A stretch of 64,000 bases of DNA from a virus. Shown here in pieces: positions 10,643 through 21,409 of the stretch (the stretch's first letter is position 1; every line of letters starts with the position of its first letter). The stretch covers positions 1 through 64,000 of IMG/VR virus record IMGVR_UViG_3300005590_000001; one strand, given 5' to 3'. A program made the position numbers and the translations under genes. The notes beneath the pieces were generated by a model. It ran no database searches. It had not been told where the DNA came from and was given only the letters and a program-made list of their open reading frames with translations.

Positions 10643-11029
10643 TCATTTGATTAACTCTTCAGTTGTAACAATAAAATTATAGTAGGCAATATCATGATAT
10701 TCATCTACCAAGGCTAAACGATAACAATATGCATGTTTAATATTGGGATTACATTTTTTAAACCGTGCAATAGTTTGCATTCTACACTTTTCAGATTCTT
10801 CTTTAAAATTTTTCGCCGTACATTTAATAACAGGAATATCATCTCTATCTTTTAATACAAATTGAACCTGTTCTTTTTCAGGTCTACTACAATCAAAACT
10901 TAAACTTAAACTGAATTTAGTGATGATGCGGTCTTCAATAATACAACCATCGCTACCCTCAATACAGAAAAAGCCTTTTGGGGCTAAAACTGCCAAAGTT
11001 GATGATGATATAAAATCGCGTCTATTCAT
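10643..11029 (-). CDS. Hypothetical protein with a Tat-like leader
   Basis: MNRRDFISS N-terminus. Confidence 0.5.
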   Translation of the reverse strand: MNRRDFISSSTLAVLAPKGFFCIEGSDGCIIEDRIITKFSLSLSFDCSRPEKEQVQFVLKDRDDIPVIKCTAKNFKEESEKCRMQTIARFKKCNPNIKHAYCYRLALVDEYHDIAYYNFIVTTEELIK

Positions 11030-11041
11030 AATTTTTACTTT

Positions 11042-11875
11042 CTATAAGTATTCTTTCATTAATCTTTCAGCTTCTTTGACAATTTTTTCAATATCACAAT
11101 TATATAGTCCAGCGGATGTAAATGATCCAGTTTCAATAATATAATTCTGTTTTGGATCTTCTCCGCGTCCTACATCCAATGTCCACAAAGGTGCAGGATG
11201 ATACTTTACTCTTTGAATGATAGAATTAACATAATCATATGTTTCTACAGGAACATTTTTTGATATTAATAATTCGCCATCCTCTTTGTATTGACTAGCA
11301 GTTACAATAGTATTCTTACATTCTATATCTGAACTAATTACAAATCTGTATTCATAAGGGATTTTTGCTGGAGGAGCAACAAAAATTAAATCTTCCGGGA
11401 AGATATGGAATTGTTCTTGTAAATTGTCAAGTTCTTTCCAATCATAATCAGATTTTTTTAAATCCCAAAAATCAATGATATGACCACTGAATAGTTTGTA
11501 TCCGGTGTTTGGTCTAATAAAAGCGCACTTATTATACATATCGCTCAAGTGTCTTTTTAGTATACCAAATGGTACTAAAGCTCCGTCTGAATTTAAACAA
11601 CTATTACCAAAGTATCCCATCCAATGATTTACATCAAAAACTTTATCATATAGCCAAACTTGCCAGAAAAAACCTTTTTTAATAAGTCTACGCCCCATAT
11701 TGATAGATCCATAAAACATCACATCGTGACGATGTTTATGTGGAAACTCTCCGCTAATTACCTCATATGGATTTGTATTGTCAAATGGACGATATTTAAT
11801 TTTAACTACATCTGCAAATTCTTCAAACTTGTAATCAGTTTCTTTAAATGGACCATCCTCAATAACCCAAATCAT
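11042..11875 (-). CDS. ATP-grasp protein, R2K/DUF4343-like
   Basis: FIRP...KLFSG, EYRFVI, TLDVG...IIETGSFTSAGLY. Confidence 0.75.
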   Translation of the reverse strand: MIWVIEDGPFKETDYKFEEFADVVKIKYRPFDNTNPYEVISGEFPHKHRHDVMFYGSINMGRRLIKKGFFWQVWLYDKVFDVNHWMGYFGNSCLNSDGALVPFGILKRHLSDMYNKCAFIRPNTGYKLFSGHIIDFWDLKKSDYDWKELDNLQEQFHIFPEDLIFVAPPAKIPYEYRFVISSDIECKNTIVTASQYKEDGELLISKNVPVETYDYVNSIIQRVKYHPAPLWTLDVGRGEDPKQNYIIETGSFTSAGLYNCDIEKIVKEAERLMKEYL

Positions 11876-11921
11876 AAGCTCTGTCCTAGATCATCACCGC
11901 ATAATGAATAAGTAATTTTTT

Positions 11922-12683
11922 TCATATTCGGAATCTTTTTCTGAAAATTCTTATTTTCGCCTGAACAATATCTTTGTCATATTGCATTACAGCACAATCT
12001 TCTAAACAACTACCTCTATCACGCTCACATGTAAATGAACATGAGGTATGCATGGAAATTGTTTCAGTGTTAAAGAAATGTGAGAACTTATGTTCTGGCA
12101 TATAACCACAGCAAAGCAAACTCGGGACTCGCAGACAACTTGCCAAATGGTAGCAAAAACTTACTGGTCCAACGAAAAACGAGCACCTTAAAAGTTTTTC
12201 TATCATTTTAGGAATATCTTGACAAGATTCCCATTGACTTCTTCCAATATGTTCGATTCGGTGCTCGGGGAAATTTTCTTTCACTAACTGTAGAACATCT
12301 CTAGGTACATATCTACGTTTATGTTCGGCGGATAGATCATTAATAAGAATAGTATCTTCATCTCTTTGATGAATTTTTTGTTTGCCATATGCATCATATA
12401 TTTTTAAGACTTCTGTTGGGTCAGGATAAATTCCAATTTGATGCCCAAATCTATGCATTGTGTGCATACTGTAAACATCTTTGTTGCGCATTTGAGATAC
12501 CCAACCAAATTGGAATACAGGGTTTAAATTTTCCTGCGTTGCATGAATTGTGGGATGGTGTGCAAAAATAGGATTTAATAACTCATTCGTTTGAAATTTA
12601 AGTGGTGCATTAAGTTTTTGCAATGTTGCAGCTACAACTAAACAATCTCCTAAACCACCCATTAGTTTAAATCGTTTATACAT
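11922..12683 (-). CDS. GT9-like (heptosyltransferase-like) glycosyltransferase
   Basis: GGLGDCL N-terminus, FVGPVSFCYHLASCL. Confidence 0.7.
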   Translation of the reverse strand: MYKRFKLMGGLGDCLVVAATLQKLNAPLKFQTNELLNPIFAHHPTIHATQENLNPVFQFGWVSQMRNKDVYSMHTMHRFGHQIGIYPDPTEVLKIYDAYGKQKIHQRDEDTILINDLSAEHKRRYVPRDVLQLVKENFPEHRIEHIGRSQWESCQDIPKMIEKLLRCSFFVGPVSFCYHLASCLRVPSLLCCGYMPEHKFSHFFNTETISMHTSCSFTCERDRGSCLEDCAVMQYDKDIVQAKIRIFRKRFRI

Positions 12684-12875
12684 CAGTGTTTTCTGATCTC
12701 CCTAATCTTAAACCGAGATCAAAAGATATTGCCATATTTTTTTGAATCATTTCAACAATGATTTCTACAGCTTCTTCTGGCTCAATTTCATATGCATAAT
12801 CACCTCTGTGATAAACGAAATCTCTTATTTCAAGAATATTTGTAGTAGTAAATCGAATTGGATATTTATTAATCA

Positions 12876-13502
12876 TTAAATTTCTTCTAAAATAGAAAAG
12901 CCAACCCAAGAATTTTCAAACTTGTAACACTTATATGGAAGTGCTTTTAATACATTAACAACGCCGGGATTTGTTTTATATTCTTGGCAATTTTCAGGAT
13001 ACACATCGTGCCAAACTACTATTCCGGCATTCTTTTCCACTAATTTACAAGCTGAGATACTATCCTTCATTACTTGAGCTTCGGAATGATCTCCGTCAAT
13101 GAATACGCCACCAAATCCTGTACTGTTAGCGGCGAAAAAATCATCTGACTCAATCTTGAACTGTTGTACATTCGGCGCCGTAATAAAACTTCCGCTATCT
13201 TCATTAGATAAAATTTCATGTGTTTGAAACGGCAGCGTTTGTACTATGTCTTTTGTTACATCTATTGTTACTACACTCGCGTTGGGTATAGCCGTAGCTA
13301 TGTTTTGGGTCGTATGTCCGAGATACGTTCCTACCTCTAAAATAGATCGTTCTTGTGCCAATAAAGTAACGATAAGTGCGGTGTCTCGGTTTGTTGTCCA
13401 TTTCAATTGGTACTTTCTACCCATAAATTCTTTGTAATCATGTTCGCTGATATAATCATTATCTATTGCCCACTTATCTGAAACTTCAATTAACACGGCC
13501 AA
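12876..13502 (-). CDS. SAM-dependent methyltransferase (Methyltransf_24-like)
   Basis: LEVGTYLG, VFIDGDH, VVWHD. Confidence 0.85.
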   Translation of the reverse strand: MAVLIEVSDKWAIDNDYISEHDYKEFMGRKYQLKWTTNRDTALIVTLLAQERSILEVGTYLGHTTQNIATAIPNASVVTIDVTKDIVQTLPFQTHEILSNEDSGSFITAPNVQQFKIESDDFFAANSTGFGGVFIDGDHSEAQVMKDSISACKLVEKNAGIVVWHDVYPENCQEYKTNPGVVNVLKALPYKCYKFENSWVGFSILEEI

Positions 13503-14356
13503 TCCTTTTCAATGTATTCTTCATTTGGTCCAAAATATGAATATTTAACAGGTTTCTTTTCTTGTAAATGTTTATACATGTTAACAATGCCATATTCAAT
13601 TCCACGTCCTGTCTTATTTAATTCATTAGTTGTAACGACTTCTGGTAACTCTCCCCACATCTTATGACTATGAAAAGCGTAAACTGGTATTTGAATCTCA
13701 GCATTCTTAAGATTAAGTTCTTTGAGCCGTCTATTCATAAAAGCTTCACATCCACCCGTGTTTCCTGACAAAGGGAAAAACTTTTTATATGTTGAAAACA
13801 ACATTATATGGTGGGCGTTTCCGAGCGCATCATAAATCCTATGCGGACAAATGCTATTTGCATAACCTCTAGGCCCCCACGCACCACGGAAACCCGGGTC
13901 GGTTTGTTCCCAAGGAAGACCACTTCTCAAGGTTACAACACCGATATGTTGATTCTGCTTTAAAAACTCGTAACATACACTTAACCAATCTATACCTTCA
14001 GGGTTGAAATAGACATGATCGTCTTCAAAGTGACAAATCATATCTATATCCTCGTCTAATTTCAACATATAATTGTTGATGGCAGACGAGCTACCATTGT
14101 GTGAAAAAGAATGCACATTCTTTTCACTATTTAACCATTTTACAGCGTCACATAAATTACTCCCATCGTTAATAATATTAACAGGATATGGATTGCAAAA
14201 CTCTTTTAAAGATTGAAAAGATAGTTTTGCAATTTCCAATTTTTCTTCAGGTTTCCAAGCCGTAATATTAAAGCCTTCAATTCCGGGATTAGATCGCGGC
14301 CTACATTTTACATCATCTCTGATGCAAGTTGTCATGTGGATATCTACTTTTATCAT
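13490..14356 (-). CDS. GT2-like glycosyltransferase
   Basis: IINDGS, HFEDD. Confidence 0.65.
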   Translation of the reverse strand: MIKVDIHMTTCIRDDVKCRPRSNPGIEGFNITAWKPEEKLEIAKLSFQSLKEFCNPYPVNIINDGSNLCDAVKWLNSEKNVHSFSHNGSSSAINNYMLKLDEDIDMICHFEDDHVYFNPEGIDWLSVCYEFLKQNQHIGVVTLRSGLPWEQTDPGFRGAWGPRGYANSICPHRIYDALGNAHHIMLFSTYKKFFPLSGNTGGCEAFMNRRLKELNLKNAEIQIPVYAFHSHKMWGELPEVVTTNELNKTGRGIEYGIVNMYKHLQEKKPVKYSYFGPNEEYIEKDWPC

Positions 14357-14925
14357 ACTGGTTTAGATAATTCTTTTATAGTTCTTTTGCCTCGATGATA
14401 TCTAGAAGAAACGGTTTTATATTTTATACCATTTTGTTCTGCAATATCTCTTAGAGTTCTACCTTCTACTTTGATAGTATCTCTTTTGTTGTTACTTTGT
14501 TGTTTAAAAGACGCCCACCTACAATTAGTTGGACTGTAATCTCCATTATTATCTATACGATCTAAGGTATGATTATGAGGCTTAACACCCATATCTGTAA
14601 TAAAATTTTTAAATTCTAACCATCTTTTACAAACCTTAATACCTCTAGCACCATATAAATTATAATTTGCATTTGTTTTTCTATAACACCTAGCTAACAT
14701 GTTTTCCCATGTTAAATATAATGGATGTTTAGTTTTGATAAATTTAAGTGTACAATTTCTACCACACGACTGAACATGTTTATTTTGTAAATTATTTAAT
14801 GTTACTCTTTTAGTGTTACCACATTCACATTTACATAACCACGCTGTGTGTGAACCAATTTTACCATCATGTTTGATTGCAGTTAATAATCCAAATTTTT
14901 TATTAGTTAAATCTTTAATTTTCAC
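14353..14925 (-). CDS. Free-standing HNH homing endonuclease
   Basis: DLTNKKFGLLT, CKCECG, TLDRIDNNGDYSPTNCRWA. Confidence 0.9.
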   Translation of the reverse strand: MKIKDLTNKKFGLLTAIKHDGKIGSHTAWLCKCECGNTKRVTLNNLQNKHVQSCGRNCTLKFIKTKHPLYLTWENMLARCYRKTNANYNLYGARGIKVCKRWLEFKNFITDMGVKPHNHTLDRIDNNGDYSPTNCRWASFKQQSNNKRDTIKVEGRTLRDIAEQNGIKYKTVSSRYHRGKRTIKELSKPV

Positions 14926-15114
14926 TTAAGAATCCACCAATTAAACTATCTATTATAAAAGTTGGTCCAATTGACTGTTTTATCATTCGTTCTATTTTTT
15001 TATATGTTTGATTACTGCATCTAGTACATACAACTAATTTACCAAAACTTCTATCCATTGTAGAAAATTTAGCAAATGCTCCACATTTTTTACATCTAGG
15101 TTGTGAGTTTATTT

Positions 15115-15693
15115 TCACCAAAAGGTTGTCCATATTTCCTTACCCAGTCTATCTTTAGTAAGATGTTGAGCATATTTAGTATTAACTTTATTAAAAAGGT
15201 TAAACCACTCTTCTTTACTCGCAAAATTATGCGTATGAGGAGATTCACCAAACGGTGGTTGTTTGGACGGATCGATAGGAACTATGATCAGTCCAGCCTT
15301 AGACACACGTTGTACTTCCTGAATTACAAGAGAAGGATCCAGAGTGTGTTCTACGGCATGACTGAAAAAACAGTAATCAAAGAAGTCATCGGCAAATTCC
15401 AATAACATCTCATGCATATCACCCTGTAATACCTGCGGCAATCCTGCATTGTTAGCGGCGGCAACTTTTTCTGGAGAAAGGTCTATACCGTATAAAAGTT
15501 CCGGTAAAAAATCTCTTTCTAGCAACGCCTTGAGGCCGCGACCTTCACCGCAACCCAAATCCAAAACACGACTATCTTTAGGTTTATCACTAAGATATTC
15601 TAGGATAGCGGCCTCCATCTGATCTCCCCAACGAGAATTGTAGGACCAGTCGCTACCTTCTATTTGTAGTTTTTGATATTCTTCTTTGTTCAC
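15115..15693 (-). CDS. Class I SAM-dependent methyltransferase
   Basis: VLDLGCGEG, GIDLS, HAVEH. Confidence 0.88.
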   Translation of the reverse strand: MNKEEYQKLQIEGSDWSYNSRWGDQMEAAILEYLSDKPKDSRVLDLGCGEGRGLKALLERDFLPELLYGIDLSPEKVAAANNAGLPQVLQGDMHEMLLEFADDFFDYCFFSHAVEHTLDPSLVIQEVQRVSKAGLIIVPIDPSKQPPFGESPHTHNFASKEEWFNLFNKVNTKYAQHLTKDRLGKEIWTTFW

Positions 15694-15854
15694 TCAAATC
15701 TTCCTCATATAGAGATATTATATTTTGATAACGATCTTTCATTCTAATAAAACAGTCCGATACAATTTTTTGTTCTTCTTTGGTACAACAATGAGATTTA
15801 ATTATTTCCTCCCATTTATTGCAGTCTTGATAAAATTTTACAATATTTTCCCAA

Positions 15855-16292
15855 TCATTCATCTTCAAAAATATTTCCTATAATTTTATTATAGGCGATA
15901 CCGCCTATTAAATTATGATCTTGGAAAAGTCCAACCTGTGGCTCTTCTTTATTTTTTGTTTCTAGGTAAAATCCCATACTGCTGTGTTGTGGAGACTCGC
16001 TTGTGTAAGAAAGGCAGCAGTCTCCAAATTTAACTTGTCCATTATAACTTGTTTCAATTCGTCCATCACGTTCATATGTCACCTTGACAATGTCACCTTC
16101 ATAAATCTCTTGATTATTACGGTCTTTGAGTCCTGTATACTGTTGAACAATAATATCATCCATATTTAATTCGGGTCTATTGAAAGTTTCTGTAGAATAC
16201 CAATCTACTTTCCCAGTATGATCTATAAACACTTCATCAGAAATCCAACAAGCTTTTCTTTTGTGCCAAACTCTAAATTTAATTTCTCTCAT
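15855..16292 (-). CDS. YopX family protein
   Basis: MREIKFRVW...QYTGLKDRN..EIYEGDI...GNIFE. Confidence 0.9.
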   Translation of the reverse strand: MREIKFRVWHKRKACWISDEVFIDHTGKVDWYSTETFNRPELNMDDIIVQQYTGLKDRNNQEIYEGDIVKVTYERDGRIETSYNGQVKFGDCCLSYTSESPQHSSMGFYLETKNKEEPQVGLFQDHNLIGGIAYNKIIGNIFEDE

Positions 16293-16628
16293 CTATATAA
16301 TTTTTCTCGCCAAAGATTTTTTCTTTTATCTTTCATATACCAATAATAACTTCTTACACAGTTGGTTACGGCATGAAAAACTATAGCGGCAGATAAAACA
16401 TATATTGCTGTTGTCATTAAAATGGGTCCGTATAATCCATGTAAACTTCTCCCGAAGACCGGGGAGGCCATCGCAAACGTATCTTGCCAAAATTCTTGAA
16501 AGAAAGAAGGATTATTGCAAGTAAAGCATATATGTATGATTCTGGTGTATTGAATGTTATGGCCAATATAACACAAATGAGATATAAAATATAATTCTTA
16601 CTGATCCACGGTGTATATTTTATATTCA

Positions 16629-16889
16629 TTAGAATGTCCTCGCTTCTGTCAAACTATCTCCAGCACCCAACCTCGCAAAGAGGTTGTTGATCTCTGCCTT
16701 AAGAGCTGCTCTACATTCGTTTGCTGCTCGCGATGCCTTATCCATTTTTGCAATTTTCTCTGCATCAGGATTTTTTTTCTTATGTTCCGCCGCTTTCTCT
16801 TTTTCAAGATGAGCAACTTTCTCCACTTCGATTACCAGCCGATCAAATAGATCAGCTGGACAACTTAAATTTGGAATACCTTCTCTCAT
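16629..16889 (-). CDS. Small helical protein (possibly DUF4254-like)
   Basis: DLFDRLVIE...NECRAALKAEIN. Confidence 0.35.
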   Translation of the reverse strand: MREGIPNLSCPADLFDRLVIEVEKVAHLEKEKAAEHKKKNPDAEKIAKMDKASRAANECRAALKAEINNLFARLGAGDSLTEARTF

Positions 16890-17155
16890 TTATCTTCTTT
16901 CAGTAAATCTATAAGCACATCGCCGTGACACGCATTCGGTGCACACCAACACGCGAGTACTTTATCTTTTAATTCGTGTAAATCTTTTAATAAATCTGGT
17001 TGTTGTAGAATCCATTCCCTATATTTTTCTACAACTTCTTCTCTTGTACCATCCTTACCAATTACAAATGGATTGCCCCATTTAGAAGGACGGCCAATAT
17101 AAACATCAAACGGTTCACGTTTGCAATGTACTACTTTACTCACGATGTTATCCAT
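16886..17155 (-). CDS. DUF4326 family protein
   Basis: DVYIGRPSKWGNPF...LACWCAPNACHGDVL; start moved to MDNIV. Confidence 0.85.
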   Translation of the reverse strand: MDNIVSKVVHCKREPFDVYIGRPSKWGNPFVIGKDGTREEVVEKYREWILQQPDLLKDLHELKDKVLACWCAPNACHGDVLIDLLKEDK

Positions 17156-17240
17156 AAAGTTAACTTCCCCACTTTTAACTAGCCATATAGCAAGTATACT
17201 ATGGATTATACCAAATCCAAATATTGCTAAATTCCACAAA

Positions 17241-19724
17241 CTAAACATAAAGTTCCTTAATAGTATTTAAATTATTTTTAGCCCAATCTAAAATCTGATC
17301 AATACCAGTAGTAATATCTACTTTCGGCGACCACTCAAAAATACGCTGAACTTTATCTAGATCCGATATGTATATACGTTGATCAGCACGACGTTGTTCG
17401 CCGTTTTTATCCACAGATACAAACTTTTCGCCGGTTTTCTCTTCTACCATATTGATTAGTTCAAGTACTGACAATGTATTATTTTTACCACCGCCGACAT
17501 TAACTACAGTTGAAGGTCCGCCGTTATGTAAATACTGAATCTGCTTCAAAACTAAATCTTGAATATCATCCATAAATAGGCAGTCACGCACCTGTTTACC
17601 ACCCCAGCCGTAAATTGTTACTGGTAACTTAAGTAGATTAGCAATGACGAACCACGCGACCCATCCCTGCTCGGATTTTCCCCACTGATAAGGTCCAGCC
17701 AAACAATTGTGTACATGAAAATTATTTGCAATAAAATTATGACTATTTTCTACAGTCATATCATATACGTCATGAATTCCTATAGATTTTTTGTCTACAA
17801 TTTGATCCCAAACCATTCCTTCACCGCTGGTATCTTTGGTGTGAAGCTGTAACCAATCCTTAAATTTTGAGATTGCTAAATCTTCTTTCAAAAATTCTGA
17901 CAAATACATTAAATTATTTTGCCGATGATCATTATAGCTATATCCAATCTTATTAAATTTAGCATATGTATCTTTAGCAGATCCCAATCGTAGTTCAACA
18001 CCAATGGAAGTAGATCCGTCACTATTTTCATATTTAAGTGTTTGATGTAGTGAACTACCAATTCCGAACTCTAATAGCAGATCTCTTAATTCATACATAA
18101 ATGCATACAAATTATCTTGATAATCTTCAAGTTTACACTGAGTCATATTAAGATTTTGTAATTCTAATTTTTCTTGTCCCTTTCTGTTTCTATTTACCAC
18201 ATTGGGACAAGATCCTTCAGCGCCAAACAAACCACCCAAGAATTCTGCTTTGATATCTGTATCGGCAGATTTGATCCAATCCGGAACCAAATATTGATTG
18301 GTTACTTTTCTGTTGGTTGGCAACCCAAGTAAATACATATAGAATGAGAATGAAATACTACTAACACATATCTTTTTTGACTCTCCATCAATAATTTTAC
18401 CATTAGTTAATTCAGATTTAGAATTACTTTTAAAGATATCAGAACAATGAAATCCTAATTCCTTAATTTCATCTCTAATTTTTAATAAAGTTGCATCATG
18501 TTCATCATAAATTTGCATATTAATGGCAAAGTAATCTTTACCATTATCACTCCTTTGGCGTTTTTTAAATGACAAATGTCCGTCGCCGAAACACCACCCT
18601 AACAAACGAGCAATTTTATAAATGTTAGAATTGTTACATTTGAGCGGTAATAAACCTTTATTTTCTAAATCCGCAATAGACTTATCAATAAATTTTTGTG
18701 AGAATAACAAATCTGGATTAGAGATTGCCTCTCTATATTGATTTGAAGATAAAATTACTTTGTCTGATAATGCAGAAATATGTTTGCGTGTTCTTAAATC
18801 TGGATTAATTTCCACAAAAGAACCATGAGATATGTTTTCTAATTTTTGATATCCAGCAGGTGTGTAATACTGATGACAGTCTGTCGATTGAAGTTTAAAA
18901 CCCCTGCGAGTTGTCACTTCAAACAATTCTTTTTGACCGTTATGAAAGACACCGGTAGGTGTAGAATTATACCCTTGGTTGTCTTTAACGTCAATATCTT
19001 TGTCAATATTGATTAATTGTAGATCGCCGGATTTTGTCTTAATAAGAGTATCAGCAGCTAAACAACTAAACCGATTGATAACTGCCGGAATACTATAGGC
19101 GTCAGACCATTCCTGAATAAGTAAGTCGGCCATTGCTTTAGAAACGCCGTAAATACTACGGTCTCCGCCGTTGAGATTAAATCTCGTTGTTATTCCTCTT
19201 TCTGTAAATCCGTCACGTTCGTGTAATGCGACCATTACCGCTTGTTCTGGAGTAAGTTGAGGCTTAATAATATTATTTTTCTGCCGTGGAATAATATCTA
19301 CCCATTCATAACGAGTAGGTTTTTCTACATATGCAAAGTGATTGCAAGGTTCTCCCGGATATACCTTATTGGTAGACCAAAATACAATTGGAATTTTCGT
19401 TTTTCTAGAATACTCTAGAGTATTAAGCACACCAATTGTATTATTCTGAATATCGAATGCGGGATTCTTATAATTCACGGCTGATGGCTGAGCTGCCGTC
19501 AAAAGAATCGCATGATAATCGTCTCCAAGATTCTTGAAATCCTCCGGATTTCTAATGTCGCCGTGAATAAAATTTACTCCATGTTCTTTCAAACGCGGTA
19601 GATTAAATTCACTACCTCGGCGGACTAGGTTGTCTACCACATCCACCATCCATCCGTCTTTGGCAAAGTTACATGCTAAGTTTGCACCGATGAATCCGGC
19701 GCCGCCCAAAATTAAAAGTTTCAT
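17241..19724 (-). CDS. NDP-sugar epimerase (CDP-paratose 2-epimerase/RfbE-like SDR) with an intein
   Basis: GGAGFIG, STNKVY, YGVSK, NRFS|C...GPYQWGKSEQGWV, QVRD. Confidence 0.9.
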   Translation of the reverse strand: MKLLILGGAGFIGANLACNFAKDGWMVDVVDNLVRRGSEFNLPRLKEHGVNFIHGDIRNPEDFKNLGDDYHAILLTAAQPSAVNYKNPAFDIQNNTIGVLNTLEYSRKTKIPIVFWSTNKVYPGEPCNHFAYVEKPTRYEWVDIIPRQKNNIIKPQLTPEQAVMVALHERDGFTERGITTRFNLNGGDRSIYGVSKAMADLLIQEWSDAYSIPAVINRFSCLAADTLIKTKSGDLQLINIDKDIDVKDNQGYNSTPTGVFHNGQKELFEVTTRRGFKLQSTDCHQYYTPAGYQKLENISHGSFVEINPDLRTRKHISALSDKVILSSNQYREAISNPDLLFSQKFIDKSIADLENKGLLPLKCNNSNIYKIARLLGWCFGDGHLSFKKRQRSDNGKDYFAINMQIYDEHDATLLKIRDEIKELGFHCSDIFKSNSKSELTNGKIIDGESKKICVSSISFSFYMYLLGLPTNRKVTNQYLVPDWIKSADTDIKAEFLGGLFGAEGSCPNVVNRNRKGQEKLELQNLNMTQCKLEDYQDNLYAFMYELRDLLLEFGIGSSLHQTLKYENSDGSTSIGVELRLGSAKDTYAKFNKIGYSYNDHRQNNLMYLSEFLKEDLAISKFKDWLQLHTKDTSGEGMVWDQIVDKKSIGIHDVYDMTVENSHNFIANNFHVHNCLAGPYQWGKSEQGWVAWFVIANLLKLPVTIYGWGGKQVRDCLFMDDIQDLVLKQIQYLHNGGPSTVVNVGGGKNNTLSVLELINMVEEKTGEKFVSVDKNGEQRRADQRIYISDLDKVQRIFEWSPKVDITTGIDQILDWAKNNLNTIKELYV
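17706..19064 (-). mobile_element. Cis intein with LAGLIDADG endonuclease in the epimerase
   Basis: CLAADT start, STDCH block B, LLGWCFGDG and FLGGLFGAEG, VYDMTV...HVHN|C end. Confidence 0.93.
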
Positions 19725-20227
19725 TTCTCAAATTCTTTCTTTAGTTCTTCATATTTCTGTTTACGGGCTTTCTTTTCGAACGCCTTTCGCTCTTCCGCTT
19801 CTCTTTTTTTCTTCTCTTCTAATTTATGTTTTTCAATTTTAGCAAATTCTGCCATACGCTCTTTTCCCAACTTATCATACAGTTCAGCAACATCGTCTGG
19901 GTAAGAATTAGATTCTAAATAGTGGGAAATATAATGTTCGGAATCGTTAATATCATCCCACTCATCATCATCTTCATTAATAAAACTGTTTGTAGTAAGA
20001 ACATGGTGGTATGAAGGGTCTGTATTAACATTATCAGAGTTGCCACGATAAGGAGCATACTCAGCTGTTTCCATATCGAAATCAACCATTGCTTCTACAA
20101 GCGACTCGATTGTTTCATGTCTAGACCATCTATCTCTACCTTGAGTAGTGCTCTGTAAACAATTACAACCTCGACCGCAATAATGATCTTCGTATGGTGT
20201 GTATGACAACAAAATATACTTATACAT
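19721..20227 (-). CDS. Hypothetical protein
   Basis: 168-aa coupled ORF. Confidence 0.6.
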   Translation of the reverse strand: MYKYILLSYTPYEDHYCGRGCNCLQSTTQGRDRWSRHETIESLVEAMVDFDMETAEYAPYRGNSDNVNTDPSYHHVLTTNSFINEDDDEWDDINDSEHYISHYLESNSYPDDVAELYDKLGKERMAEFAKIEKHKLEEKKKREAEERKAFEKKARKQKYEELKKEFEK

Positions 20228-20931
20228 TAAAATCTCCCATTTTTAAAGTATGCAGGATATCTTTTATGTTGTCCAAGCGTACTTTCTTGATGTTCAACAA
20301 TAAATTCATTTTCACAATAAAACATAGGTAATCCAACACGCTGGGCATGTTGACTTACCTGAGAATCCTCTGTACCAGAACTCCCACGGATAAGATCATT
20401 TTTCCAAGGTACTGATTTTAAAAATTCTGTAGGAGTAAATCTACAAAAACCACCGACATGCTTTACAGGACGTCTCGTAATAAATCTATTAAATCCAACT
20501 CCCCATTTGATTTCTTGTACATCATGGTCTGCACATTTGGGTACACCCCCCGGATTGTTAATAAGACCTACGGGATATGGCGACCACACCGCATGTGGAT
20601 TTGCTTCAAGCATAGCCAATACTTTTCTTGCCCGCGAATCAATTAGCTTAGCATCGTCATCTAACTTAAGAGTAAATTGTGTATCTTCAATTTCATTTAA
20701 GATTTTTTGTATACCTAAAGCAATGCCGATATTTTCAGACCATTTGTGAATTGTAATACCGTGTCTATCAACAGCACATTCAACTCCCTCATCAACATTA
20801 CATCCTTGACAAATAATGTGGTGGTTTGCTAATTCATACCATTCGAAATCATTATATATCGCTTTAATAGAATCATATAAATAATCATCACGACCACCGA
20901 TTGTGAATTGAATAATATTAAGTTTTTTCAT
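20227..20931 (-). CDS. GT2-like glycosyltransferase
   Basis: ENIGIALG, KLDDD, TED, VEH pattern. Confidence 0.6.
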   Translation of the reverse strand: MKKLNIIQFTIGGRDDYLYDSIKAIYNDFEWYELANHHIICQGCNVDEGVECAVDRHGITIHKWSENIGIALGIQKILNEIEDTQFTLKLDDDAKLIDSRARKVLAMLEANPHAVWSPYPVGLINNPGGVPKCADHDVQEIKWGVGFNRFITRRPVKHVGGFCRFTPTEFLKSVPWKNDLIRGSSGTEDSQVSQHAQRVGLPMFYCENEFIVEHQESTLGQHKRYPAYFKNGRF

Positions 20932-21409
20932 ATTCGACACATTCAATTCCAACTTCATCCATTAATTCACGAGACTGTCGCAAATTCTCTTCCCACCTTG
21001 ATGGTGCCGATTTAAATGGATAAGTTACTATTCTATTAAGATTAGTTTGCATAATATGGACCAAACATCGTACACACGGCGCACCACCCCAAACTTGACC
21101 TGTTGAATCTCTAGCAACCATATACATTGTTGCATCTGATAAATCTTCACCTTTAGTATCAAGAATAGCATTTACTTCTGCATGAATTACCAATTGATAT
21201 TTGAGTTCTCGATTCATTAAGCGTTCAATTGTATCTTCTAATCGTTTTGGTAAACCGTTATATCCTATACCAATAATTTTTTTATCTCTTATGATTACGG
21301 CACCAACTTGTGTACTAGGATCTTTAGACCAATTTGCTACTTCTTCAGTAAATTTTAAAAATCTTTTATCCCATTTTTCATAATTTACGTAAGTCATACT
21401 TTTGCCCAA
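20918..21409 (-). CDS. dCMP deaminase
   Basis: SKDPSTQVGA, GYNG, HAEVNA, PCVRC. Confidence 0.92.
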   Translation of the reverse strand: MGKSMTYVNYEKWDKRFLKFTEEVANWSKDPSTQVGAVIIRDKKIIGIGYNGLPKRLEDTIERLMNRELKYQLVIHAEVNAILDTKGEDLSDATMYMVARDSTGQVWGGAPCVRCLVHIMQTNLNRIVTYPFKSAPSRWEENLRQSRELMDEVGIECVEYEKT